Positions 25,401-37,323 of a stretch of DNA of 64,000 nt are shown in pieces (the stretch's first letter is position 1; every line of letters begins with the position of its first letter). The DNA comes from Lytechinus pictus. Lineage: Eukaryota. The position numbers were made by a program, and so were the translations under genes. The stretch covers positions 44,888,001 through 44,952,000 of the forward strand of contig NC_087249.1 of the NCBI RefSeq assembly GCF_037042905.1. Direction: 5' to 3'. The notes beneath the pieces were generated by a model, which searched no databases, was not told the origin of the DNA, and saw only the letters and a program-made list of their open reading frames with translations.

Positions 25401-28111
25401 TATCAATGTAAAGCTTAGAATCTCCTCTTTCATCTGATATTTCTTAGATTATTCCTCATTCGCGCATGAGTGAGCAAAAACAATTTTAAGAAAGGTTACC
25501 AAAAACTCATTTGGCGGGGGGTATCTGAATTTCAAAAAGAAAATCACATGCCTAAAAAGTTCAATATCTGCTCTTTTATTTGATACCTTAATCACAAAAA
25601 AATGGTCAAGAAGTAAGAAAGTTATGGTCCCTCAAAACAATGCTTGTATTTCCATAATTTCATTAAATAAACGTGTTTTCACCGGTTTCCCACAGAAGCT
25701 ATCGCATGGTTAACAAAAGACTTAATGCATAGCTGATCGTCAACAAAACGGAGTGTCGAGTGAGTTTGAACGCTAGCCTGTAAAACCTCTTTATTTCATG
25801 AAATTAATGAAATTCAAGCCTTATTTCAAATAACCAGAACTTTGTTATTTCTTGACCATTTTCTAAAATTGAGGTATTAAATTAAAGAGCAGATATTGAA
25901 CTTTTTAAAAATGTGGTTTTCTTTTTGAAACCCAGATACAGCCCGCCAAATGAATTTTTGGTATCCCCTCTTCAAATTGTTTTTGCTCACTCATGCGTGA
26001 AAGAGAAATAATCTAGGTAATTTAGGATGAAAGAGGAGATTCTAAGCTTTACAATGGTAGGTCATTTGTCTATTGTATTTGTGATTAAATTATGATAAAT
26101 CATCGATAAATCTCGGTTTCGTTTTTTGTGGGACGCACTGTATAAGCAGGTCGGTCACAACTCACTTGGCTTCCAAGTTTAACTTTTCCTTGGGTATAGT
26201 ATACACATTACATACTTCCAGGCGTGGATCCAGCCAGTTAAAATAACATGTCAGGGACCAGATTGTTTTAGCACGATAGTCAGGCTCTCAAAACTATTGT
26301 GTCTCATTCCACGTGCCTGCATATCCCCACCTCCTCCTTGGTCCTGTGGCATAAAAGATTCTATTATGGTATCAGTATCAAACTTTGCTACCATCCAATG
26401 GTAGCGTCAATAGTAACCATTACCAAATGTCAATCATACTCAAGAATTTGTAGTGGTTTCATGGTACACTATGTATTCTTTCATGGGCATACCGGTATGT
26501 TAGTCCTGAAAAGGACCACCAAACCACCCAAAGTTTGGGTGGCCTTTTCGGTACAGGTGCCCACGAAAAAAATACATGGTGTACCGTGAAACCACTACTC
26601 TTCTTCTTTGCCATGGAACCCTTCAGAAGTTACATTGAAGGGAGTTAGGGTAAATCTGCCTGAAATAATGTTTTTAGATAATTTAATTAAATGTACATGT
26701 AGCTGAGGAGGAATTACATGTATAATGGATTTAAGAATCCATTGTCTATCACTTACTTTGAAAGCTATGGGCTCCATTGCTTAAAAGCTACTATTATGGG
26801 AACTTTGCAATCCAATGGTAATTTTCATGTCATGGAGTCCCTGATTTTGACTGGCCATTGTTACCACCGTAGTTATCATTGGATGGTCGAGTTACCATAA
26901 TGGTAACTTTTATGCAACGGGGCCCTGGAGCTAAAACAAGTTATTGGGGAAGGATCATACCTTGATTTCAGCTGTATAAGACTTTTCTTCCTGTCCAATT
27001 CTCATGAGTTTCATGCCTTTGAAGGTGTCCATTGCTTTCACAAATCCAATGTACTCCATGAACTGCACGTAGACATCAAATGTCAGGTTGGTGCCGAGAC
27101 TAGAGATCTTTCCAAAGTTCCCTCCAGTCACTTGACTCTCGTGTCTGTATGGATCCAACATCGGGATGTCAATATTCCTGATCACGCCACAAGTGCCAAA
27201 GACATTCCTCACCACGATCTCGCTTGGTTTGTCCGGTTCGACGTCGATGGCAAACCATCGCACCGGTAGACTCTCCACGTGAATTGTATCCGGTCTCTCC
27301 CCAGGATTGTTCTCATTCATGTTCTTTGCATCCCGGAAGAAGACATCCCAGTCGTGGCGGTTTGGGAAAGGGATCTTTGCCTCGGCGGCTCGCACTTTCA
27401 TGACCTCCGTGAACCCGCTAAGCTTGATGCTCTTCGTGTCCAGTCTTGTGATCATGACTTTGATGATGGAGCGTGCTTCAAGCTCAGCCTCGAATCGCAG
27501 GAAGTCCAGTGAGCTTTTGGTGACCCGCAAGACAAGGAAAGAGTCTGGTTTGGCCATCTTCTTCAGCTTTTCCATTACCTCCCAATTGCTGATTGACTTC
27601 CCTGTGAAGAAAAAAAAAAAATATCAACACAATGCATATTTCCAATGATATCACATAGTCATGTGACTCAATTTTCTTCTGGTTTCAGTGCAGTGAATAA
27701 TGAAAACCCGAGACATTATGGATTAGAGGAGACTTATACATTTCACATTGAATGGCCAATTGCCAGGGCTTGATATTGTTTGCTATGCAAACCCTTCACC
27801 CAATGAGAAATCATTCCATCACATTTCTTACCTTTTCCTTCTTCTATTGATTATAATAAACAATATTCATTACTTCTGTGCAAATTCTGCAGTTGCTTGA
27901 AACAAAAACTTGCGAACAGCCAATTGTTTTATCAGAAAATTTTTTAGATATTGGAAAAGGAAAGTGATTTCAACTGACCTGGTGTTTTCATCTGGGGTAA
28001 GGTCACAGAGATGTTGATTTTCGCAATCGGCTTCAGGTAAAGGAACTTGCTCTCATACAACTCAATAGCCTCTGTTGAGTTGCTACAGAGCTGACACCCA
28101 ACTGTTGCCAT
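17958..28111 (-). CDS. AKAP17A: A-kinase anchor protein 17A / splicing factor SFRS17A (XE7), complete, about 940 aa. complement(join(17958..19445,21156..21347,24115..24334,24920..25068,26961..27601,27979..28111))
   Basis: LYLKPIAKINISVTLPQMKTPG/KSISNWEVMEKLK..FPNRHDWDVFFRDAKNMNENNPGERPDTIH..IRNIDIPMLDPYR..QFMEYIGFVKAM..GMKLM; coiled coil EERKLVLAQRKLESIRLL; RS domain. GT-AG junctions in frame, 2823 nt. Confidence 0.93.
19772..20722. mobile_element. Helentron/HINE-like element carrying an internal ~162-bp tandem array
   Basis: Subterminal IRs GTCTCACCTGCAT / ATGCAGGTGAGAC, 3' hairpin and A-run; 4-5 internal units; shorter relatives at about 44990-45341 (-) and 28415-28490. Confidence 0.7.
21156..21347 (-). 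CDS. AKAP17A: AKAP17A exon (charged coiled coil)
   Basis: ALRQEEEVAQKLYELEK..KEKKLRSKIINALK; 192 nt, phase 0/0. Confidence 0.85.
21815..22240. mobile_element. Palindromic MITE (GGCCCGAATTCACAAAGGTG family)
   Basis: Near-complete hairpin; interrupted copy at 40061-41988. Confidence 0.8.
22425..23744. mobile_element. CAGG-ended non-autonomous DNA transposon, 6-bp TSD, with an internal foldback
   Basis: TGTAGA|CAGGGCGCGACAAA...TTTGTAGAGGCCTG|TGTAGA; subterminal CTTGCCC/GGGCAAG repeats; inner inverted repeat centred near 22985. Confidence 0.65.
24115..24334 (-). CDS. AKAP17A: AKAP17A exon (coiled coil)
   Basis: ..QRKIMMEERKLVLAQRKLESIRLLTVLLEKVQ. Confidence 0.88.
24920..25068 (-). CDS. AKAP17A: AKAP17A exon
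   Basis: VDFDKTRHLSAKSMKKREKERQKL.., matches VSFDSTKHLSDASIKKR of the human protein. Confidence 0.9.
25322..26140. mobile_element. Tc1/mariner-like foldback MITE (copy 2)
   Basis: TA|CAGTGCGTCCCAC...GTGGGACGCACTG|TA. Confidence 0.85.
26961..27601 (-). CDS. AKAP17A: AKAP17A exon (RRM-like core)
   Basis: KSISNWEVMEKLKKM..HDWDVFFRDAK..PGERPDTIH..DIPMLDPYR..AEIK. Confidence 0.95.
27979..28111 (-). CDS. AKAP17A: AKAP17A first coding exon (exon acceptor at 28165, with an in-frame upstream ATG there)
   Basis: MATVGCQLCSNSTEAIELYESKFLYLKPIAKINISVTLPQMKTPG resembles the N-terminus of human AKAP17A. Confidence 0.85.
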
Positions 28112-29186
28112 GGTGATGTGTGAATGTCCGCAATTGAGATGACTTTTGCCGACCAGAAGGTACATCTGCAATGGAAACAGACAAAATATTAATTCAGAAA
28201 GTCAAAAAGGGGCCTAAGCTTTCATCAAAACAAAAGGAAATATTCTCAGATCATCCCAAAACAGTCTTTTTCAAACACAAAACACAAAAACCAATTTCTA
28301 TGTATTTCTTTTCAGGCTGCATCAGCACATATTTGAATTCCCAGAAAATTAAAAAATTGTATCTAATAACTTTATTAATAACATGCATCTGAAGTCTGAA
28401 ATTATTTCTCTTCAACAAGTGGAATGCTTCTAAGTTCTGGCAGTCTCACCTGCATGATTTAATATCGAGGCAGTGCCGAGTTGACCTTAAAAACATGATG
28501 AACACTGGTAACTGTTTTACATGTACAAAAGCCCCGGTACCTCAATCTCATAAATCAATACTACAGTACTAGCCAACATTCTTTGACTACCTGTTTCACC
28601 AGAGAATAATAGATTCAGTGGACCGAATCTATTGTTCTCTGGTGAAACAGGTAGTCAAAGAATGGTGACTGGTAGTGTATCTTGGATTCTTGACAATGAA
28701 ATATCACAACCTTGGCCTGGTTTAGTTTTTTTTATGATGCTACAGCTACCACATAGGATTTATCCTAACGTGGTCGGTGCTGATGCATCAGCCGACTTAA
28801 AGCAAATTTCCGCACCAGTAATTCTTTGCAAATGTCATCAGATCTAACTAGTATAGCTAGTCTCTCAATCACATTTCAAGCTGGTCACCACTTTTCTGAG
28901 TTTCAAGATCGAGAATTACTATATTATATTTCGGCTTGATCTCAACATCATTGTTGAATTCTCATTTGGACATTCACATTGCTTGCTTTGCTTGGCCTGG
29001 CCCTTGGCATCGCCATATTTTTAAATTTCATTTGGACCTTAGTTATGTTACCATGCATGGTTACCAACCAAAAGATCTGCTTGCAGCTCATCTTCGGTCC
29101 ATAAGACTAGGGCGAAGCCACTAGCTCACTGCAAATGACGTCCAGTCTCAAGATCTTTCAAACTCGAAATCTAATGTTAAACTTAA

Positions 29187-29782
29187 AGGTCAAGTCCACG
29201 CCAGGAAAATGCTGACTTGAATAAATAGAGAAAAATCAATCTAGCATAGTGCTGAAAATTTCATAAAAACCGGATGTAAAATAAGAAAGTTATGACATTT
29301 TAAAGTTTCGCTTATTTTTCACAAAACAGTGATATGCACAACTAGGTGACTCAGTCGATGATGTCCATCACTCTCTATTTCTTTTGTTTTTTATTGTTTG
29401 AATTAGGCCTATAGTATACAATATTTCATTTTTTATAGATTTGAGTTTTTTTGACAATAAGAACCAACTTGACTGAACCAACCAGTATTAAACAATGCTA
29501 ATTATTATTTCACACGACAACAGGGAGAAAATTAGAATATTTCATATTTCACATAATAAAATACAAAAGAAATAGTGAGTGAGTGATGTCATCAGTCTCC
29601 TCATTTGCATAACGACAAGGATGTGCATATATTATAACTCATGTTTTGTGAAATTAAGCGAAACTTTAAAATGTCACAACTTTCTTATTTTACATCCGAT
29701 TTTGATGAAATTTTTGGTGTTATGCTTGTTGGATTTTTCTCTATTTATTAAAATCAACTTTTTGTTGGGGTGGATTTGTCCT
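29187..29782. mobile_element. Kolobok-like foldback MITE (copy 2)
   Basis: TTAA|AGGTCAAGTCCAC...GTGGATTTGTCCT|TTAA. Confidence 0.75.
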
Positions 29783-30173
29783 TTAAACTAAAGTAAAGAC
29801 TTTAATTCTATTTAGGCCTAGAATCTATTATTACTATTAAGTTTAACGTTAAAGCCATAAATGGCATAATTTATTAAATATAAAAGAAAGTTTTTTCTGC
29901 TCCTCTTTATTCTACATAAAATTCATGTCATCATGAGACATGAGTGACTACCGCTCCGGGCCGGGCCTGGCTCCGACTCCGACTTGATGCTGAATCTCTC
30001 TCTAACTCTAAGTTACTAAGTAAAAATAGTCTAACTAAGTTAAATCTAAGTCTAATTTACCAGACTGGGAATTGTTTTATTAAAAACAGTGGAGGGATCG
30101 CGATATTCAGAAATTCTGTAGACACATGTCATTGACTGATTGAGAGAATTAATAAGACATTGGCAAACAATTA

Positions 30174-30784
30174 CCGTATGGGTACTAGTATTCAACCCGG
30201 CATAATTCAAAGATTTTGACATATTCCCCAAAATATTTAGAAATAGGGAATTTATCTTAATTTCATACCTTTGTTATGTCCAGGGTAATCTGTTGTCAGT
30301 ATTTTCTTTATCAATCTGTCGACTGTATGCGCGGAGGATCGAATTATGCGGCGATGGCCTTTTGCACTGAATGGTACTAGTATTCAACCTAGTGAGGATT
30401 GATAGCAAATCTCAAAAGGGTTTAGATTGCTAAATTAGATCTAGATCTATGTAAGTCTCTGGCTTTGATTAATTCCCTGTTTGGTCTCATCTCAAATGGT
30501 CTAGTCCATAGTCGGATGGGACAAGGGCAGATTGAGAGACAGGGCCATCTTTCATCGCTAGGTTGATTACTAGTGCCGACGGGTTGAATACTAGTACTAA
30601 AATCCGTCGCCGTATAATTCGATCGCCCGCGCACACAGTCAACTGGTTGAAGAAAAAAATAACGGAAAAAGAATAACCAGCATTTGCTCTTGGAAATAAG
30701 ACGGGTCTGAAATTCAGGTAAATTCTATATTTCTATATATTTGAGGAAACTCTCCAAACGGGTTGAATACTAGTACCCTTACGG
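30174..30784. mobile_element. Tc2/pogo-like MITE with diverged inverted arms of about 220 bp
   Basis: TA|CCGTATGGGTACTAGTATTCAACCCG...CGGGTTGAATACTAGTACCCTTACGG|TA; the TIR motif is repeated internally. Confidence 0.75.
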
Positions 30785-31325
30785 TACTGGTGGGGAAGTT
30801 TACTCGAAGGCGGCCGGTGCGAAACTGCATCAGCGCCAACCTGGCTGGGCCTTGTTTTGGGGCCGTTCTCTGCCGGTTGCCCGCCGGCGGCCCCGGCAGA
30901 ACTGAGCCTGAGCGAGTCCGACTCCGAGACTCGCCATCACGCCGCGCCGCCCAAATTCCTTCGATTTTAAAGCTGTGAAAAAGTTTTACTTTTTAAATAA
31001 CAACTATTATGGCACCAAAAAGGTAATTCAAAGATTCGATTTAGAATCAGAAGATTTGAATTTGATATCTAGAAGGAAAAATGATGGAATATGTACTATT
31101 CTCACCGATTACAGAAAAAATCTCCAATCTATCTAGGAAGCTACCATATTTAGCCTCTTTCATATATATTGATTACAGAAGTTAAAACATATCAGCAAAA
31201 ATCAGTAATATCAGTTTTATGTTAATGAAATATAAAAAGTAATTCTTTAATAGTCTTTAAAAAATCGAGGAGAAATATATAGGCCTAGCAATTTAATCTC
31301 TACCATTTATAAGTATTGCTCTTAC

Positions 31326-31553
31326 CTTACCAGGCCAAGTTGCCGATCGTTGCAACCTGCAACCCAACATGTGTGTGCTGTACTACTGTGCATGTGCCGT
31401 GCTTGCTGCTATGCTATGCACTGAGTGGCTGCTGGCTGCATGTTGCACTGATCCTTTTGATCTTGTCGTGGCATATTGCGAATTGTGTAAAACCCAACCG
31501 TGTAAACAAGTTAACTTCTCATATATGAACTGAAGAACAATCTGGGATTCGGA
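31326..31553. promoter_or_regulatory. Putative compact bidirectional promoter and first exons of AKAP17A (-) and RARS1 (+)
   Basis: Minus-strand donors CTG|GTAAG and AAG|GTAAG at 31331 and 31326 lie about 225 bp from the RARS1 ATG (31554). Genes are head-to-head. Confidence 0.5.
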
Positions 31554-31598
31554 ATGGACAACCTGGTTAAAAAAATGACATCTCGAGCTTCTGAACAA
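31554..31598 (+). CDS. RARS1: RARS1 coding exon 1
   Basis: [15 protein letters not shown]|gtaagt; 15 codons, resembles human MDVLVSECSARLLQQ. Confidence 0.75.
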
Positions 31599-34500
31599 GT
31601 AAGTTAGGCCTATCATCAAGCAATGATTAACAACATGACTGAGTCATGATTAAGTTTTCACTGTAAATAATGACTTAATGTAATCTGTGTAATCTGTAAT
31701 CTGTATGAAGACTAGTAATTACTACTACTAGTATGACATTCATTTTTTCTTTTTGATTGATGCCAAAATTTTGTTGAACATGTGTGATGTTGATCTTAAT
31801 AACTTAATATAAGATCAACATGTTCAAGAAAAATAGAAAATTGATTCAATTTTGGCATAATCGTGAAATAGTCCCCAAATCCAAAAATGGGGATTATCAG
31901 AATCGCACCTACCACCAGAACGCATGAAAATCACCTCCTTTCTCCAGAACACAGTCCCCTACTCTCGCACAGCTCTTTACTACAATACTAGCTTGCGAAA
32001 TGATAACACACACAAATGAAACACACTTACACTTGGGTTCTCTCCCTTATCATATACTCGTGATACAGTCCCCACTCTACGGGAAATCAAGTTTGATTTT
32101 TCACGGCGGTGGGGACAGTTTCAACAGTATAGTATACTCGTGATCCAGTCCCCGCGTTATGGGATACAAAGTTCACTTTGCACGCAGTGGGGACAGTTCC
32201 AACAGTATAGCTATACTCGTGATACAGTCCCCACTCTACGGGAAATCAAGTTCACTTTGCACGCAGTGGGGATAGCTCCAACAGTATATTATACTCGTGA
32301 TACCGTCCCCTCACAACATAAAATCGTGCTCGTTCGACAAGGGGATGGGGACAGTTTCCCAGTGCAACGTGACAAGGAAGACTCATTCAAAACCTTCAGG
32401 AATTATTATTATTGTCATCATCATATTATATTATCATTATTATCATTATATCATTATTTTATCATAATTATTATTATTGTTATTTAATCATAATTATCAT
32501 TATTGTTATTTAATCATAATTATCATTATTGTTATTATTTATTTTATTATTACTATCATCATCATACATCATTATTATTCTTTATCATTGTTATTATTAT
32601 TGTTATTATCCTTTATTATATTATTATTATTGTTTTTATTATTATTATTTTTATTATCAATATTTTGTTATTATTAATATAATTATTTTTATAAATATCA
32701 TCATATATCATTATTATTCTTTATTATTGTTGTTGTTATTATATTATTATTATTATCATCATCATTAATCATTATTCTTTATCATTGTTGTTATTAATAT
32801 TGTTATTATCCCTTATTATATTATTATTGCTGTTGTTATTATCATTGTTATTTTTATTATATTATTATTACTATCATCATAATAAATATTATACTTTATT
32901 GTTGTTGTTATTATTATCATCATAATAGTGATAATAGTATAATAAATTATTATATTATTATTATCATTATTATTCTTTATCATTAGAAATGTGCCCCTTC
33001 CATCCAGTCCGTTCCTTGTATTTCATTTAATTCCTTCAAATGAAATCACATACTTTAGACTCATTCATAACTTTTGGGTATTATCGTAATTATTATCATC
33101 ATTATTGTCATTATTTTTTATGGTATTTATTTATTATTTGCCTAATATTGTTATCCTTATTTTTTGTTAACATTATTTATCTTTATTTATTATTTTATAA
33201 TAATTATTATTATTGTTATTATTCTCTATTATTAACATTATATTAACCTTTATCATAATTATTATCAACATCATTATTGTTATTAATCTTTATTATCATC
33301 ATCCCCATCATTATACTATTGTTGTTATCATTACTCTTTACTTTTCATTTCCGTCACATATTTGTATTGATTACTTTAATGTTTTGGGGTGACTCTTTCA
33401 ATAATAACAACAACAATAATGAAAATGATGCCAATGATGATAATAATTATGATAATAATTGATACCCAAACGTTATTATGAGTCTACAGTGATTTCATTT
33501 GAAGGAATTAAATGAAATACAAGGAACAGAATGGATGGAAGGGGCACATTTTCAATGATAAAGAATAATAATAATAATGATAATATAATAATTTATAATA
33601 TTATCATAATTATTATAATAATAATAAAAACAACAATAATAAACAATAATAATGATANNNNNNNNNNNNNNNNNNNNNNNNNNNNNNNNNNNNNNNNNNN
33701 NNNNNNNNNNNNNNNNNNNNNNNNNNNNNNNNNNNNNNNNNNNNNNNNNNNNNNNNNNNNNNNNNNNNNNNNNNNNNNNNNNNNNNNNNNAATAATAATA
33801 TAATGATAATAATGATAATATAATATGATAATGACAATAATAATGATAATTCCCGAAGGTTTTGAATGAGTCTTCCTTGTCACGTTGCACTGGCGGGAAA
33901 CTGTCCCCATCCCCTTGTCGAACGAGCACGATTTTATGTTGTGAGGGGACGGTATCACGAGTATAATATACTGTTGGAGCTATCCCCACTGCGTGCAAAG
34001 TGAACTTGATTTCCCGTAGAGTGGGGACTGTATCACGAGTATATATAGGGAGAGAATCCAAGTGTAAGTGTGTTTCATTTGTGTGTGTTATCATTTCGCA
34101 AGTTCTCGAACGCGAGCTGTGCGAGAGTTGGGGACTGTGTTCTGGAGAAAGGAATTGATTTTCATGCGTTCTGGTAGGTGTGATTCTAATAATCCCCATT
34201 TTTGGATTTGGGGACTATATCGCGATTATGCCTCAATTTTTTGAACCTCTAACGTTAGACCTATAGGCTATAGCTTTTAAACTTAAAGTTTAAACTTAGA
34301 CTAGCAGTAGCCAGTAGAGGCGCACGGCCAATATGGGAGACTCTCCAATACTAATATTACTATATAGGGGAGACAATCTCCCAGACTTGCTTTGCAAAAG
34401 GACAAAAGAAACAACACCAACAAAAGCATGATTTTTTCCATCCAAAATTTTGTCTCACTGATGTCAGAAGCCCATTTGTTTTGTGTGTGATTGACAACAA

Positions 34501-37292
34501 AAATCCTTATCAAAACAAAACTAAAGTAGACAGTGAATTTTTAAAGTAGACGGTGAAAAGGGGTAATTTTTCATGAGGAATCTGCTTACCTTAAAAGGTA
34601 ATCCTTTTGCAGCAAATGTAAACAAAGGAAATTGGACTCCAAAACTGGAGACTGTCTCTGAAATTGGATACCCAAATTCTTTACATTTATACAAATTACA
34701 AAAGTCTCTGAAGTCTGATATTGGAGATAATCTCCCACATTGGAGACAGTCTCCAATATTGGCCGTGCGCCTCTACTGGTAGCGGTGGAGGCGCTGGTCA
34801 AAAAATTGGGATTGTCCCAGAAAACCAAGGATATCCTCATAAACCAAGACAAATTATGTCTTGATAAATTGAGACTGTCTTTGTTAATGGGGACGTTTTT
34901 TGTTCACTTCCCCCTACGGGACACACTCATTCAATGAACAAGGTTATGATATAACCTTGTTCTCAGTTATATCTCCATGTGTGGCAAAATAAGGATGGCA
35001 ATGTTTGGCTTATTTTCTCTTTTTCTTTGGGACAAATGATTGATTTTTTTACACTGACAGTTTCCATTACACCTATTTGTCATACAACTTGGCCCTTAAG
35101 TAAATTTGATTCTTTAAATTATTTTTTCTTAATTAAAAATAGAGATAAAAAAAATGAAAATTTTCTTGCCATATTATTTTTCACCAATAGAGGGCGTACA
35201 CAAAAATATGCCCAAAATTCAAGTTTTTGAGTGCTCTAGTGAATACAAAAATTATTCCCAAGTTACTGATGAAAAATAAATTGCAACTGTTTGGAAATTA
35301 GTAATTTTGGTCACAAAAATGATATTTTAATGATTTTTTAAAGTGTGTGCTCTGTACAGCATTGGCATGCCATAGTCCTACAGTAGATTCCCCACAGGCA
35401 GGGTGGTTGCAGTGAACAAGTGACGGGACAAAGACATGAATTACGGGAATTGAGAGTGCTAAAAATAGATTCAGTGACCTCAATTCCCCCCAATTCACCG
35501 TCTTTTTTTCATGACTTACCGTCTTCCAATAATCTTGTTATGAAACCTGATATATTTACATTGACTAGCGCACTTGATTGGTGTCGGCACTTGACAGGTG
35601 AATGAACTTTACTAGATTTCTTGTGTGAAGAAATCTTTAAAAACTGAGTCAGTCCCTGTAAACTGGGACGATCCCAATTTTCTGACTAGCGCCTCTACTG
35701 ACAAGAGTGCGACTTAATGAAAATTGTTTTATCTTATTCTTTACTAAGAAACTTAATGATTTAGACTCTTTCACATAGTCTATATAAAAAATAACTTTTA
35801 AAAGTTTTATTTATTTTCTTGACATGCCACATGGCAAGAAAATTTTCTCACCATGTCCATGTCTAAAATTTAAACTAAAATTTCCATCTTATCAAGTTTG
35901 AAACAAAATTACAAGTTTTTAGAAACAGAAAGTTTTTAATTTATGTTTCTCTCACCCGCTGCATTCATACCAATTGGTCGAGCAGTCTACACATATTCCA
36001 GGTCCAGGAAAATCACTGTCATGACTGTCCGAACCACATTAATTGAAATGGAATTAGAGATGTCTACAGGTGTACAGAAATGAAAACACTGGGTTTATTG
36101 ACATTATTTATACAGAAAATCACTGTCTAGTTACATTTTCATCCTTTCTTTTTTTTATTACTCCTAATATCATTTTTTTTTGGTCATGGAACTTAAAGGG
36201 GGGGGGGGCAGGGCAAGGCCAAGGCCAGGGATGTTCAAACCTCTCCCAACTGTATGCCAGTATGATGGGCTGTAGTGTACAGATACAATACATAGATCTG
36301 CTATATCAAGCAGGTTTGAGAATCCCCATAAACATTACTTTCATCCTTTTCAAAGCAAGTCACCAATATGGGAAATTGTCTCCCATGTTGGAGAGTCTCC
36401 CATATTGGCCGTGCGCCTCTACTGCTAAACTTTGGCTCTCACCAATGCTTTGTCTGCAGGAGGCTCAGATCGCGGAACTGAAGCAGCAAATCAGAGAGCT
36501 GCAGAACGGTGGGACAGAGGAGTGGGAGAAGGTGCCTCCTGAACTGGAGAAACTGCAGACTGAAAATCAAAAGCTCAAGTACCGCATTCTGCACCTAAAG
36601 AGGGTAGGTTTGACATGATTACAGGTTAGTGGCGGACCGTGACCCGAGGAGACAAAGCATTGGAGGGGCACAGCATTGTGCACAAACAATACAGTGCCCC
36701 TCCAATCATGCCAATCATTGTCTCCTTAGGGTCACGGTCCGCCACTGTTACAGGTAATTAAAGACAAATCTTTCGGACTTGAAAAATCTCTTTGACTTGG
36801 GACTAATTGGATTTACAGAAGGTAATGTCTTGCATAATCTGGTTAAAAACTTGCCTCTACTTTGGCAATTATTTTACTTATAGAAGGTAATCTTATCCAG
36901 AGTTGACTGTATGTCAATCATATTTAGAAATAATTATACTTGCATTTTCCAGCTGAAGGAGAACGCTTTAAGCCATAATTGAATATAAAAGTTGAATTTT
37001 TTTTAAGCTTGATTTTAGGGTCAGAGAAATAAAAGATAAAAATGTATAGTAAAAGATGAATTGTGTATCACGGAACAATTTTGCTTCCCAAATTTGATTA
37101 GCATTTTTGGTCATATGAGGAAAGCTCTCTACTACATTTTGCACAGCCCTATGTAAAACATCTGCACAGTCTTTTTGTACAGCAGTCTGTACACATGTAA
37201 GAAATTTGGAGCAAATTGCAATATGTTACCCGGAAAATGAGTACCGTAAGTAACGGACTATAAACCGCACCTGTGGATTAACCGCACCCCCA

Positions 37293-37323
<31 letters not shown>

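Noticed and set aside
32054-32340. CRISPR-like regularly spaced repeats with hairpins
   Set aside because: Whole ~79-bp units are repeated with no unique spacers, the context is eukaryotic with no cas genes, and the units are part of transposon arms.
32140-34199. ORFs of 115-215 aa sharing [14 protein letters not shown] and Ile/Tyr-rich ORFs
   Set aside because: They arise from inverted-repeat arms and (ATT)n simple sequence, and some cross the N gap.
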